A stretch of DNA of 54,040 bases, the filler included, from Sluysia triapertura (taxonomy: Eukaryota), in the NCBI GenBank assembly GCA_046118255.1. It is 4 parts of 4 records of this genome, joined end to end, with 100 filler letters (N's around TTAATTAATTAA, not from the genome) between each part and the next. Parts side by side here need not be neighbours in the genome. Positions count along the whole stretch, not along the records: positions 1 to 15,276 come from JBJNIA010232676.1; positions 15,377 to 29,169 come from JBJNIA010019740.1; 2 more parts are not named here. The stretch is one strand, 5' to 3'. The notes beneath the pieces were generated by a model that was not told the origin of the DNA, made no database searches, and saw only the letters and a program-made list of their open reading frames with translations. A program made the translations under genes and the position numbers. This document shows, piece by piece, positions 12,810 through 26,087 of the stretch (its first letter is position 1; every line of letters begins with the position of its first letter).

Positions 12810-13895
12810 CAGATTACCTTGAATAAAATTTTCAGTCACCGTGATTAATTTAATAACTGTTCCATTTAAAGTCGCCAGAACAGCAACACTGTCCAATATT
12901 CCGACACTCCAGGACTCGATGCAACTAGTCAAATGAAAGATTTGAACAGCTACCACTCTGCACGTGATGTGTATATATGACAAATTGGACCACACCATTA
13001 ACTTCTTATATTGAAGACGTGCATATAGACTGTATCTCTATTTCTGTCGACAAAGGGAAAAGATGTTCTTTTGAGGTTATTCAGAAGATAATAATGGTGA
13101 TTAGCCTTCAAAACACAAAAAGTTCAATTTAAAACATAAAATCTAGAATTACTATTAAAAAAGAAGTGACACATGTAGAGTCGAATACACATGCCAATTC
13201 TGTAAAGGTTGGCTAAATAATAGAACTTGATATTACTTCGAGCTCGATTAATACATGGCTCACAAAATACACAATCACAAGTAGCAATCGAACCATCGAA
13301 CAATGCTATTTATTCATAAATTCATTCAATTTTGACTTCCTTTGTTCTTTGAATGGAGCCTCGAGCAATCCAAACTAATCGTGAACTCGCTCCATTTTGA
13401 ATGTCCAAATTTAAAAAATTTGGTTTGTCATCTTTCAAATGGAGCTCAGTCAATTTAAAATAATCATATTTTCGGCCCACTTTGAATGTCTGAATTTAAA
13501 ACGTTCGACTTCAGCATCTAGTTCATCATCCTTCAAAAATATTCGGAATAGGCCATCCGAGTAAAAAGTGCCAAAGTAAAACAGAGCATTGATCTGCTTA
13601 AGTACGCAGAGGCTTACACAATATCAAACTTGACATAATTCATAACTTTGAAGTTACCCGACATTGAATTATCGTTTATAAAATCTCATTCGTTGTGGCG
13701 ATAAGTAGCCAAAATTCTGAGTAATATTTCAACTTCAATTAGAATGGATCCACTTCTGTCGTCATCAAGCACCAGGAATCTTAACTTAACATCTATTTCG
13801 ACTAAATTCATATTTTCAAGACGTGCCATTTCAAATTTGTTAATTTTAAAGTCGTCATTTAGAATCTTCTTTTTAAAATTTTTACCCGTTCCATA
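12810..13895 (-). pseudogene. decayed intronless ORF of unknown origin with a partial RING-like motif
   Basis: Long protein-like stretches broken by stops and frameshifts. ATCDCVFCEPCINR near 13240-13285. Internal ~86-bp duplication at 13349-13503. Confidence 0.35.
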
Positions 13896-15276
13896 AATAA
13901 TACAAGGTCAACTTAATATATAGTTTCGGTATCTTTTATTAAACAGTTTCATATTTTTAATTCTTTATCTTCGATCAAATATTTCATAAAATACACATTT
14001 CTTGAGTTCTTTCACGATATTTTTCAGTAATATAAAAAACATAAGTATAATAATAATTCAAGTATGAGCGACAGTAGCGGTTATATTTATTATAGACGTT
14101 GAAGTGTGGCAATATTAATATTATTAAATTAGGATTTAATTTTGATCGACGATTTTATAACTTTATTGTTCTTCTTCGGAGTTAAAATGTAATAGTGAAA
14201 TTATGAGATTCCATGTGATGTTTTGTGACGGTGTATGTGAATCCTGTTGTGATATCTTTTATGACAAAGTTTTCGTGTCTGTAAATGATGTTATTAATAT
14301 AATGTGATCGCGGTAATCGGCTGAGCCATCACATCTTTACTCCAATTTTTTTTCAATATATTATCAATTGCCATTCGATGTCTAAAACTGATAATTTGTA
14401 TATTAAATTCAAATTGCTTTTAGACTGAAAATTATTCATTTCTTTATTTCTATTGGTTGCTTATAAAAAGTAACTATGATTTTAATATTTGTCTAACTTT
14501 TTAATACAATATTAAAATTAATTTTTTATATTTTAACTCAAATTACTCTTGCTTGTATTTCGTTTTTAATTAATAACGTTTATCTATATTTCAAATGAAA
14601 CATTATTGATGTTATTGTACAGTTATACTACAGTTGTAGTTATAGTTATATTATTACGTAAATAAAAGATATAATTTTATAAACAATTTTAGAAGATATA
14701 ATACTTTTTTAGCACATTCGAAATTCGACATGTCTTTCCGCGAAAGTCGGTTTTAAAGCAACAAATAGCAACATTATCAAGTAGCAATATGTGTCGAATA
14801 ACAATATTAAAGTTAACAATAAACATAGTCATTCCATAAATATTCATTGCTACAAGACTACAAATATGATCGAATAGAAAATATTTGTCAACTGTCCATA
14901 TAATACAACTTAATATTATCTTACAAATGCAGAACAATTTAACATTATTCTAAATGTAATTACGTAAAAATAACTATTTTCCACTACTTCTGTTTCGGGT
15001 CCAGTTTCATCAAGTAACTGATTTCTCAATTATAAATACCATATACAAAGTTATTGCGATAAATACTTTTTAAATAGTTTTAATTAGGGCTGTTCCCGGC
15101 CCACCGAATCAATTTTCTACACTGTTTTTTAATTTAGGTGCACCTGATTCTATCTGATGAGCATGATCGATAAATAAGTGACAGTACATTGGTCTTAAGA
15201 ATCATGAATTTTCATTATCCTTCTTGAGTGTTTTTTGAAATAAAATTCTAGAATATTTACAATAAATTTCTAATTG

Positions 15277-15376
15277 NNNNNNNNNNNNNNNNNNNNNNNN
15301 NNNNNNNNNNNNNNNNNNNNTTAATTAATTAANNNNNNNNNNNNNNNNNNNNNNNNNNNNNNNNNNNNNNNNNNNN
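15277..15376. other. assembly gap linker (44 N + TTAATTAATTAA + 44 N)
   Basis: Identical 100-bp structure occurs three times; the 12-mer places stops in all six frames. Confidence 0.97.
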
Positions 15377-15424
<48 letters not shown>

Positions 15425-16367
15425 TTGTATGACACAGTAAATCTACTTTCTTATTTATCTTTTCGAAACTCAGTAGTATGATTATACAATTCATTCGAGA
15501 ATAGATAATAACAAAATATTGTAAAAATTGATAGCACATTAAAGCAAGTTTTCAAGACAGTAAAATTACAATAAATGTTATTTCAAAAAGCTTCTCTTTT
15601 TTATAAAAGTGATCTTATAAAGTAATAGTTGTTCCTGTATCTTGAATATACATCTATTTCAGAAATAACCCTTACTTTTAGTTTTAATTTGAGTCTGATT
15701 TATTCACATTGTTGGCTTAAATTTCCCCTTTGTTTGCAAATGGAAAGTGCATTGAATAAAATTGTTATGATTGGCTACTGAGAAATAATAAATAATAATG
15801 TTGTTTAATTTAAAAATATCGAAAAGCTAAAAAAAAGTTAAATTAATTTTTCGTGCATAAAATCATTTACTATAATTATTACATAAATTATTATAATAAT
15901 TAGTATCTGTTTTTAATGTATATATAAATACAAGTTAAAACTTATTTAAATAATATTAGTACTTACTGAAGAAAGTAGTTAAAAATTATAAATAATTGTT
16001 CCAAGAAAAATTTTTATTTTTAAAATAAATAAAAATCAGAATATAATCAATATTGTTTATAAGTAATTTTGTGATGCTTTGATATACTTTTAGAGAAATT
16101 AATTAAATGTCATCGGTCTCGAATTGAAATCTAGCAACGATATTTTGCTTGAAAATAAATTGAGCTGCTTTGATTAAAAAATTCATTAAATATTATATAA
16201 GAGTGTTTATAAATTTTTAAAAAATGTTTCGTGTTTTCTTTTATATATATATATATATATGTTGTATTTTTATCTTTTTAATATTTCTTAAATTATAAAA
16301 GACAATTAAATAAGTCTCAATCTCAATATATTACAACTATATCTCAATAAAAGTCAAATAATGATTA

Positions 16368-16988
16368 CGGTGGTGGCCAAATTATTAGGTGGTCCATTAA
16401 AAAGTGTCGTTTGGGAAAATGTGGTAGAAAGAAGAAAAAATGAGTGAGAGATGACAGATATTTGATGAAACTTTCTACCAAAAGCGGTTAGAGACTTGCG
16501 GAATTCACGTTAGTGCCAGAACAGTCAGAAAGAGACTTGTAGACCCAGAAGAAGCCTAATCTGACATCAGGGATGATCAGTTAAAGGTTGGCATGGGCTA
16601 AGCAACACCAACATTTAACTGAGGATCACTGGAGTCACATGTGTTTTAGTGATGGGTCGTTCTAAGTATTGGATGACAAGACCACCTTTGTAAGAAGGAG
16701 ATCTAATGAAGAGTTTAATCATGATTAATAGTTTCATAGTATCCTTGATAAATTTTGAATTTTATCACAAAAATGGTCTTTGTAAGTCAATAAAACATAG
16801 TTTTCTTCGACAATTAATAAACTAAAATTCAACATAACACAAATAAATGTTAGTACAATAAATACAATAAAATAAATAATAAACAAATAATAAATACAAT
16901 AAATAAATAATAAAAGCTCAAGACCCACAAATAAGTTGGTTATTTTAATAAAAGAATTTTCAGATTCAATCTGTGTTTGCCACTACTG
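16368..16988 (+). mobile_element. internally deleted Tc1-like element
   Basis: TA|CGGTGGTGGCCAAA ... TTTGCCACTACTG|TA. Transposase remnant VSARTVRKRL..KKPNLT..RLAWAKQHQHLTEDHWSHMCFSD..FVRRRSNEEF. Confidence 0.85.
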
Positions 16989-17392
16989 TATTGAATCAGC
17001 CTTCTTACAGCAAAAGTTATAATAATAATTTTCTTTGTTCTGATAGAAAAATGTGGTTCTTTATATAGTGTTTGGATAATTGCTAGAAAGTCGGGAATTC
17101 GACTTAATTATTGTGCTTATCGGCAAGACATGCTTGTTTCTTAGAGTCGGTTTATGCAGACTAATTTTATTAATCAAAATGAACATAAATTTTCGTCGAA
17201 TGTCCGTCTTAATAGTGACTGGCAATTGTCCAAAGATAATAAGCTTTGTGACGAACAAACTCTTACTTTTTGAAAATAATAAAATTAAAATTTAAGATCA
17301 GAATTAGAATAATAATATTTAATAGTTTAAATTATTAAAATATTACATTTACATTAAATAAAATATTACCATTATTTAATTTTCATGGCGAA

Positions 17393-18101
17393 TCACACAT
17401 GCAAATATCCGTCTTTACGTTGGCCAAGTTTTTCGTAGCAAACAATAGGTATCTCAGATGGATTCAGCGGAGATTCAACTAAATAAAATATCTCCATGTA
17501 TTCAGTATCTCGGATCATCAGCAAATAAAAAATTAACGTTAAACAATTTAATAGTGATAATAATAATGATAATGATAATAGTAATAATAATAATATATTA
17601 ATTTATATTAACCAAGTTTTGAATAGTTTTTTTTGAATTTGGTCGTATTCTTTCATTATACGTTCTTTTCCATCTTTTTATGTTGCAGTTCTAGTTGATT
17701 TATAGATTCCAAACCACCTTGATATGCTGCGGCACCTCCAGTTTTAGCCTTAATAATTTTAATTTTCAAAATTTAAAATTACTACTCACCAGTCATCGTA
17801 CTGTCTCAATTGTGTTTCTTTCATGCATTGCTTTTACTGGATCTGTGGTTGAGGCAGCACCAATAGTTGTTTTTGCTTGTTCCTGATAATCTTGCGTCTT
17901 TTTCATTTTTTCCTGTTCTGCTTGTACTGCGCGAGTTTTTGCACTGTCCAAGTTTCCAGTCTTATCCCGTTCTTGTTGTCGAGCTAATACAGCTGCAGCA
18001 TCTCGTTCTCGCAGTTCCTTTTGTCGTTAGTTTTATTGAACGAAATCTCTCAAAATAACTTCATCTTCACAAGTAGAAACGTCAATATCAGCAGTAAACA
18101 T
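17393..18101 (-). pseudogene. intron-containing pseudogene of a coiled-coil protein (N-terminus loosely smoothelin-like)
   Basis: Exon-like blocks 18101-17790, 17748-17613 and 17478-17393 with GT-AG boundaries (41-nt intron 17749-17789). MFTADIDVSTCEDEVILRD..RQKELRERDAAAVLARQQER, with in-frame stops and frameshifts. Product identity weak. Confidence 0.5.
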
Positions 18102-19995
18102 AATCGTTTAGTTTAGTGTCAATTCTGTTTAATTTAACAAATAATTTTCTTCTTTATATTTACATAAGATAATCGAAATTTTGAAATATGTGTAATTTAT
18201 TACTTTTAAATAAAATAATAATGGTGATAGTAATGATAATAATAATATAATTTATATTGCGCTCATATCTACTACAAAACAAGTACTCAAAATAAATAAT
18301 TCATTATAATATTTCTTAAATATTTCATAATCTTCCAATAATTTGATATTTGGTATGTGGTTGTATATTTGCGTGAGAGAATGTTTAATCAAAAATTTGG
18401 GAACGATGATGAGGAAATATAAAAATATTAACAAGAAGAATTAATAATGCAAATGAGAAGATCCATGCTTTAAGTAATTTTTGAAATTATTATTTTTGAT
18501 TATTATTAAGGAATAATCGTGAATAATAATAATATTTTTCTTAGTGTTTGTTAGATAGATTGTTATATCCTTGATACAATTATATACGTTATTGTTAATC
18601 TCGACATTTTACTCATTTTTAGTATTTTTTAGTGGATATTTATAATAATAATAATAATAAGAATTTGTATTTGATTTTTGTTTAACCAGTAAATTATTGT
18701 GTTGTTATTGATTTGATTTCCAAAAGTTTAATTTTGGGTGAATGATTATTATTATTATCAGAGTAAGAGAATTACTGAAACTTTATACTTGATTTAGGGA
18801 GTCTTGGATAACTGAGATTCTTTTTAAGCTAATTGATTAATATTGATTTATCATAGCTAATAATTTGCAGAAGCCCAAGAGTAATTTAACGCGTGTCTAT
18901 ATTTCATTCACTAATGTTATGTTAAGAAGTTTATAGTGAAGGTGTAAAACTCGTATGTTATTTCTAAACCCTTTCAACGACCTGTCGTTATCTATTAACA
19001 AATTATGAAGAATCTCTGTACCAGTAATTGAAACACAGTTGGTTAGGAAGGATCTTAGACTAGCATGAACATTCTTTGCACTACAACATCGACAAAACTA
19101 GTAATAGTTTGCTTTTTCAAATGAAAAGGCGTATTAAATTTAAAAATATGTAGCCTAAAAGATGGCTGAATTTGCAGTTCGCACACGCTGAATTTAATTT
19201 TATTATTATCATAGTACAAACACTTCGGATTATCGGTTAATTATAATGATACATATAATCCATTCTGAGACCGTATTTTCAAGATAGGTATAGTTTGAAA
19301 TATTGTATTTCTGCGAAACCACTAAATTCTAAAAGATCGAAATATTTAAACACTGAATAGTTATGGGAAAGTAATATGCGTCAACTCAGACAACTGTACC
19401 GGAGAACACGCTGTTACATCATTTCGGAAAGAGAAGCAGAAGTTGCAATATCTATTAGAGATCATCCTAAAGTAGAACATAATTTCGATATAGATGCTTC
19501 ATTGAATTTGATTTTTTTCGAGGAAGCATTACTATCGGATGATTCGCCCATTTGTTTGCCATGTGGTTGGATCTTATCTTGAAGATATTGTGAATCCTAT
19601 GTATCATTCATTTCAACAGCAGAATGAGTACGAAGTATAAATGGCTATGAGATAAGAGTGAATAAAAGAACCCTGTATTCAACGAATGAACTTAGGATCT
19701 CTCTACTTTCACCACGATGCAGCCACACGCAACTAAGAAGTATCATACACGATGTAATCAAGCCATAGAATAAGCATTATATTTCAGTATTAAATATTAT
19801 TCTTGTATTCTCCCTTCCGATCTTATTGAACTTATCTATTTCTGTTTAAAGTAGTGTAGTAGACATCCGGCATTCAAACAAACAATATAGAATGAGTCAT
19901 CAAATTGGCCAGGTATTGGTGGATTTAGAAACCAATCTTTTGATTACTTTTTTAATTTTCACGACATTTATTTGTGTTATCCAATTCCGATTCAG

Positions 19996-20138
19996 GTGAA
20001 AGTGGACAATCATCACGACTTCCAAGATATAGCAAGTATAGTGGCAGTGGCCAGGACTTACGCTACCACAGAGCCATTCATCGATGCCAAATGTGATATT
20101 GTCATTCAGAAGATTGGGTCTAGTTTGAAAGCATTTCA
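19996..20138 (+). CDS. Syn: synapsin exon (C domain, ATP-grasp)
   Basis: [47 protein letters not shown]; flanked by TTCAG and GTAAGT. Confidence 0.95.
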
Positions 20139-20176
20139 GTAAGTAAATTTTGCATTTGCTAATTTAATTTATTCAG

Positions 20177-20251
20177 ACGCAAGTCTTTGTCTGGATCGTG
20201 GAAGACGAACACCGGCTCTGCTATATTGGAGCAAGTTGCCATGAATGACAG
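20177..20251 (+). CDS. Syn: synapsin exon
   Basis: [24 protein letters not shown] (synapsin [11 protein letters not shown] motif); phase-consistent after a 38-nt intron. Confidence 0.95.
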
Positions 20252-20549
20252 GTACCTTTTTAAAGATTGTCAATATTAAACTTAATATTAAAATTCATTC
20301 ATCTTGGTCTTTTTAAAAAACCTGTACGACCGTGTGAGTCACTACTAGACACCACATTGCATATTCTACAGTTATTACGACTTGCTTTCTCAGAAAAGTT
20401 CGCGCTCTTATTTAAGTTTTCTCTGTGTCCAACAATGCTATGATTGAGCATTTTCAAGAATATGTTGTCTTAAGTTTAACGTCTTTAATGCTCTGACTTG
20501 CTTTATATGTGTTTTAATTGTGCCGTCACAATTCGATTTTCAAATTCAG

Positions 20550-20652
20550 ATTCAAACTGTGGGTTACCGAAGTTTCGAAATTGTTCGGCGGTCTCGATAT
20601 TTGTTGTTTGAAAGTTCTTCAGTCGAAAACTGACGAGTATTTCATTTACGAG
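20550..20652 (+). CDS. Syn: synapsin exon
   Basis: FKLWVTEVSKLFGGLDICCLKVLQSKTDEYFIYE (FGGLDIC motif); AG/GT boundaries in phase. Confidence 0.95.
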
Positions 20653-20708
20653 GTATGCTCGATTGATTATTGATTATTTAGTATTGATTATTCGTATTCT
20701 TGTTTCAG

Positions 20709-20818
20709 CTGAAAGGATCGAATATGAATCTTCTGGGAGAAACTCAAGAAGAAGACAGAAAGGCAATTGCAGAATTGATCATGTCCAAAGTACAAATTTT
20801 CTGCAGACCAAATATTCC
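20709..20818 (+). CDS. Syn: synapsin exon (end of C domain)
   Basis: LKGSNMNLLGETQEEDRKAIAELIMSKVQIFCRPNIP; donor CC|GTTAGT, phase 2. Confidence 0.93.
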
Positions 20819-22074
20819 GTTAGTTTTCAGAAATGAAATCGAATTATTAATTTTACATTGATTTTGACAGTTTTTGAAATTAACAACGTTTACCAAACAA
20901 TGCTAAATTCGTAATTGTAATCTTTTTGGTGTAAGTGCCAACAATTGTTCTATTTGAAGAAGCAGTTTTACAATTAATTATGCGGAATTTGATGAAATAA
21001 GTATGGTAGACAATTCAGTAATATCCATAATTGATTAAACATCTCCAGCACTAAACCACTCTCACCTCCTCGATAAAAGGGTGGGGTTACCTGATTGACT
21101 GGTTACTCGTGCGCGCTCAATTTGAATTGGTATAGATCGTTCTGATTGATTGAGTGTTTTATTATTGATTAGGGTGAGTATTATATTAAATTCGGATTTA
21201 GTGTTAATTGGAAAATGATTTTTTAGTTTTTGATTTACATATTTAAAGAACTTATTGTATTTGAACTTATTTTTATTTTAAGTAGTCAGTCGATGTTAAC
21301 AGTCAATTAATCAGAAAAGTGAGTCTCTTATGATTTGCTATCACTTAATCTAACAACCAACCATACTTATATAATTTATACAAGAATATGATGTATAATA
21401 TTATATGTTACATATCCATGATGGTTATAATTGTTATGTCGGCTAAGGTTATATGCTTATCCGAGTTTTCATACCCTAATATATACCAAATCTTGTAGTT
21501 ATGACGATTACATTGTTTAAGAATTGTATGACTATCCGAAGAAATGGATATCCTTCGAATGGATATCTCAGAATAATATCTTCTACAACTTTCCAAAAAT
21601 TAAATTGTCATATGTTTATCTGTCACATATTTCTTATTTCACACTAAAAACATTAATTTTATTAATAATAAAACCTTACATAAAATAATTGCGCCCGAAA
21701 AATTTATACTTATTATGCACTGTGTTTATTATAATTCTATAAATTAATAAATAAAGAAAAAACTTACTTATAAATAAAAGACTTATAAGAAACTTATAAA
21801 TAATGAGCCATATCCTTGCTTAATACGTATATAGTATTCAGCATTCAATAAAAAATAAAATGTCTAATTAAACAGATAGGTTACTAAAATAAGAACGTCA
21901 ATAATGTACTACTTACTATTATAAATAGCACATTATTGATAAAAATTGATTTTATAATTAGTTTACGAAAATTATTGATGAATAAAATTATTGAAGTTTA
22001 TTTACAAACTTTAGTAATATACATTTTGATAATAATAAAAGACAATTGGATACAAATATTAATGAAAAAGTTAA

Positions 22075-22644
22075 TAAGGACTTCTGGCTGGCCATTTGTG
22101 CGAATCACGACGACTCATCCATCTTCCAGAAAATTTGTCATTTAGCCATTCACGAGCAATGATAGTAAAGTGTGGAGGAGCTCCATCTTGCATGAAAATC
22201 AAATCTTCAATATTGTCCAAAGCATTGATAATCGGTTAAACACAGTGAGGTACCTTTCAGCATTTGTAGTATGATGAAGGATAAAGGAACCCACATTTCC
22301 ATCCAAAGTCATTCTACATCATACCGTTACTTTAGGTCGAGTCTGCATTTTTTGCACAGGTAATACGAGGATCTTCTACCCAGTAGTGGCACTTATGACG
22401 GTTCACAAACTCTCCTATATGGAATACAGCTTCATCACACCAGAGAATAGTTTTTGTAAAGTGTTCAAACTTCAAACAATTTAATTAAAACAAATTCACA
22501 AAACAGATCTAAAAAGAAAACGAAAGCATAGATTAAAATGCCATACATTAAGTAAGGTATACACAAAGTTGTTAAACATATTACGGCATTTGAATTAAAT
22601 TGTAGGTAATTTAAAATAGGGAGTTACTTTTCAATCACCATGCA
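22075..22644 (-). mobile_element. DD41D/rosa-type Tc1/mariner remnant inside a synapsin intron
   Basis: ILWCDEAVFHIGEFVNRHKCHYW and IFMQDGAPPHFTIIAREWLNDKFSGRWMSRRDSHKWPARSP; terminus resembles (TA)CAGGGTGATTGAAAAGTAACTCCC. Confidence 0.85.
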
Positions 22645-23596
22645 CTTTTAAAAAGCAAAATAAAATACATAACAAATAAAATTATTTATTTCGTTCTGTG
22701 AATACTTGGGATCTTCTGTAACAAGTATAAATGAACCAAACTATATTTTCTATATCTAAAAGTTAATTAATATTAATGTTAAAATCTACATTCATTCGAC
22801 GCGCAAGTGACATTTTCCTTTTAGGACTCAAATTGCCCCATAATTTGCCTCTCCATTTCGGCCGCATTTCGTAGAACTATTTGGTATTGATTATGATTTT
22901 TTAAGTGCTCCTAGGTGCTTTACTTTAAATTATCCAGTTATAAATGAGACACCAAATCATTTTTAATTTTTTCTATCTTGACGAATTGCAAATTTATAAT
23001 ACCAAGCACAAAAATTTATAATACCACTATCAAAAATATTGAAACACAAAAGATTGCATTGCAAACACGCACTGGTTACCTATCTTAGTTGATATTTGTA
23101 TAAATTAATTGATTCATCAATTTTGAATGCGACTATCCATGATGGCATGCAATTAATTTGGATTCTGATTGGATATGAAATATATTCTACTGGTTCTATA
23201 TTCTACATATTCCGTATTATCGTTCCTCTTACAAATCTATATCAAATTTATTAACAACAAATATTCACTCTAACCGACATAAAATACTCAACCAATGAGA
23301 ATGATCTATTCTAATTTAAATTAAATCCTCACAAGTAAATCAGGAGGGGTTTAAATGCTGCATAAATTCTAGAAATACGTGATTTAATTGCGTAATTTAA
23401 TATTTGTTTCGTAATATTGAAATTCCATTCCATGGACATTCATTTGTTGGTTTGTGTATTTTGTATTCATTTCTTTATTTTCATTTTAAATTTATCAATT
23501 TATCGAACATAGACAATATTCAGAAAATATTATTATTTAGTATCGTTAATGTAAGGGAATTTAGTACTGATAATAGTCATCCTCGTACAATTACAG

Positions 23597-24049
23597 AAAG
23601 GCAGAGAGTGCCCATGCAATGAACAGTGCCAACCCCACCTCCACTACTACTTCTGGCCCTGTTGGTAGCAGTATCGGAGTAACTGTACCTGGACAGTCAA
23701 CACAATCTACTGTTGCGCCAGGAGTAGCTCATCAAGGTCTCTCTTCTTCTGCAGGTTCTTCTGCAGTATCAACCGCGGAGAATGTTCTAGGTAGTATTCG
23801 GGGGGTTCTTTCCAGTGCTTCTACTCCAGCAGCTCCGCAAGTGTCTGCAGGACATGGACCCGGAACTACTGGTTCGGGAGGGTCGTCACGACCACCTTCA
23901 AGCACTGGTACTAGTGTACCGACTGCAGGATCGACTATGAGCTCGAATTCTGTCACTGGACAATATCCGGGATTGAACCAACAGAAACAGATGGGAACTT
24001 CTGGAAGCACTGTTGGCATGACAAATTACACCACCACCAATCATGTAAT
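23597..24049 (+). CDS. Syn: probable synapsin exon encoding the low-complexity S/T/G/P-rich region after the C domain
   Basis: Acceptor TTACAG at 23596 in phase 2 joins the 20818 donor in frame (..PNIP-KAESAHAMNSANPT..). About 150 open codons, high GC. Donor GTAAGT at 24050 (alternative at 24045). Confidence 0.7.
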
Positions 24050-24057
24050 GTAAGTTT

Positions 24058-24342
24058 TGTTGCGAAAGCAATACAGAATAATAACAATTTTCAGTTTAAA
24101 AATAGAAAATTATCAATTCGCACAATAACATACTTTTCAAAATCCTCGCAACACCAGCAATATATACAACTACCTACTAGTACATCTTCATATTCTTGTA
24201 CAATGACTTTCTCATAACTTCTATAAACTCAACATACATTATTAATCTAAATTAAAATTGATTTAACAAATAAATATTCTTAATATATTGTTATTAATAT
24301 TGTTACTTTTATTATTACCACTGGTGAGCTACGGGAGGCTCG
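24058..24342 (+). mobile_element. LTR (TGT...CA, 263 bp) plus tRNA primer-binding site
   Basis: TGTTGCG...TTACCA (24058-24320), then TGG-T-GAGCTAC-GGGAG-GCTCG (24322-24342), matching the CCA/discriminator/acceptor stem/T-stem/T-loop spacing of a tRNA 3'-end complement. Confidence 0.7.
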
Positions 24343-26087
24343 TGCAAGACCTTTGTTAAATGATTCTATGATTTGCGAGCCCCTTGTTCTTGAAAACCAT
24401 ATTTAATGTATGTTATCATGAAACGTGGAATGTGGAAGAAGTTGTGTCCATGGCCAGAAGGAGAAAAGAGAATAAGAACTTTGAATTTTATCTTGAAAAA
24501 TGAAATTTAGTAGAAAACTTACTACTGGAAAATTCCAAATCGAAATTCCCAGCACCGTGAAACAAGCCTAGGTATTTGTGGAAACAAACTTTTAGTTCGA
24601 TGAATAATATCGTTAGAATGAAAATATCTTTTCGGATTTTATGACAGTCTTCTTAAATTAGAAATCTTTGGAAGAATTTAACCCTAACCCGTACGTTAAA
24701 TCTTTTTTGAAAAATCATCGCTCGGCTCTGGATAAATCTGAAAGATCATAAGACATGAAGTAGGAAGGAAATATACTATGGGAGCTTCTGGCATAAGTTG
24801 TAAATATTTTCTTGTAGTAGCACTTTTAGTTATTGTTTACAAATGGCATATTTTTTCTTTATTTTATTCTATTGGATTGTTTGTTCTATTCCTTATTAAT
24901 ATTATATTGCTGTTTTTGGTGAAAAATCCATTTAATTTACATTATTTTATTTCTTTATGTTAGTCGCAGTGACACATTGCTGTAGCACTAGTTCATACGA
25001 TGATTCTAGAGAAAAAAGAACAACCCCTTGTTAAAAATTTCATAGATCAACACGGTACCGTTGTTTTTTAATTGTTTGTTCATCAATAAAGATTGTGCTC
25101 CACCTTTCAATTCGTCTGGTGCAGTTTTCTTACATTTTCTACGAAGAGTCGTACAAATCCATCCACGATTTGGAATGGGATACGAATATTGTGTTGCATC
25201 TGATTCTGAAATTAATGTCCGTAAAACTAATTTTGATCTTTGATCTTTGATTTTTGCCATTCTAATAGAACGTGTAAAATGCGGCTGGAATGTTTTCCAA
25301 GATATTTTCGTGATTTGAACAAAGATCTAACTCTTTCAATCTTTTGAAAATGTCAATAAATAATGTATGCGATCAGATAAATGAGAATAATAACAATGCC
25401 CTATTATAGTACAACGTTTTCAATGAAAGATTTTCGACAGGTATAAAGAATAATGAAAATTCAAGTTGATTCTAATAGAGTTACTTCAGAAAGAAAAATG
25501 ATTATATTTATAATGAAAAACTTGTTCATGTTTATTCAATGCATATCTAACAACAATTCAACATTATCGATGTGACAGTTCTGAATTAACTTTATTCTAT
25601 GGCATCGCCTAGTCCACTCAGAAGTTTTAAGATATTCTTGTTTAAATTGAGAAGCAAACTCAAGTGTTAGTTCGAGCAATTTGATTGAGCGAGGAAGGAC
25701 TCAACTGAATTACATTTTGAACATTTTCTGAGTTTCCAATTTAATAGAAGTAGTAGTAAAATCCTTGTTCAACATGTGTTACGTTTATTTTTTGTTAAGT
25801 TCCCCATTGGCAACTAAGCCATCTAATTATTATTCACGTAAAGATCTTAAGTCTCATTTCAATTTATATTTTAGGATATTTTAAACTTGAGGAAGACTTA
25901 AAATGTATAAAGAAGAACCTTAAGCTCATTTTAAATTTTATCACACAACGTTGTGGCTTCATATCTACTGCAAGTTATTTAATACAGCTTAAAGAGATTT
26001 AGGCGAGCCGTGATATAATACAAATATTCAAGTTAGTAAACATAGAAAGTAAAAATAATGAAATTGTTTGAAGTATAAAACGAGAAA

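Noticed and set aside
15150-15180. CTGATGAG / CTGACGAAAC strings (also 40150, 50164) as hammerhead ribozyme cores
   Set aside because: No stem II with a correctly placed GAAA and flanking helices.
15277-15376. TTAATTAATTAA palindrome repeated three times within N runs
   Set aside because: Artificial six-frame-stop scaffold linker; the 15321-15539 poly-Leu ORF is a microsatellite/gap artefact.
17393-18101. In-frame TAA/TGA as evidence of an alternative genetic code
   Set aside because: They co-occur with frameshifts, and the intact synapsin exons translate cleanly with the standard code.
23732-24019. 95-aa minus-strand ORF (also the + ORFs 5076-5258 and 6180-6428)
   Set aside because: Antisense shadows of GC-richer real exons.
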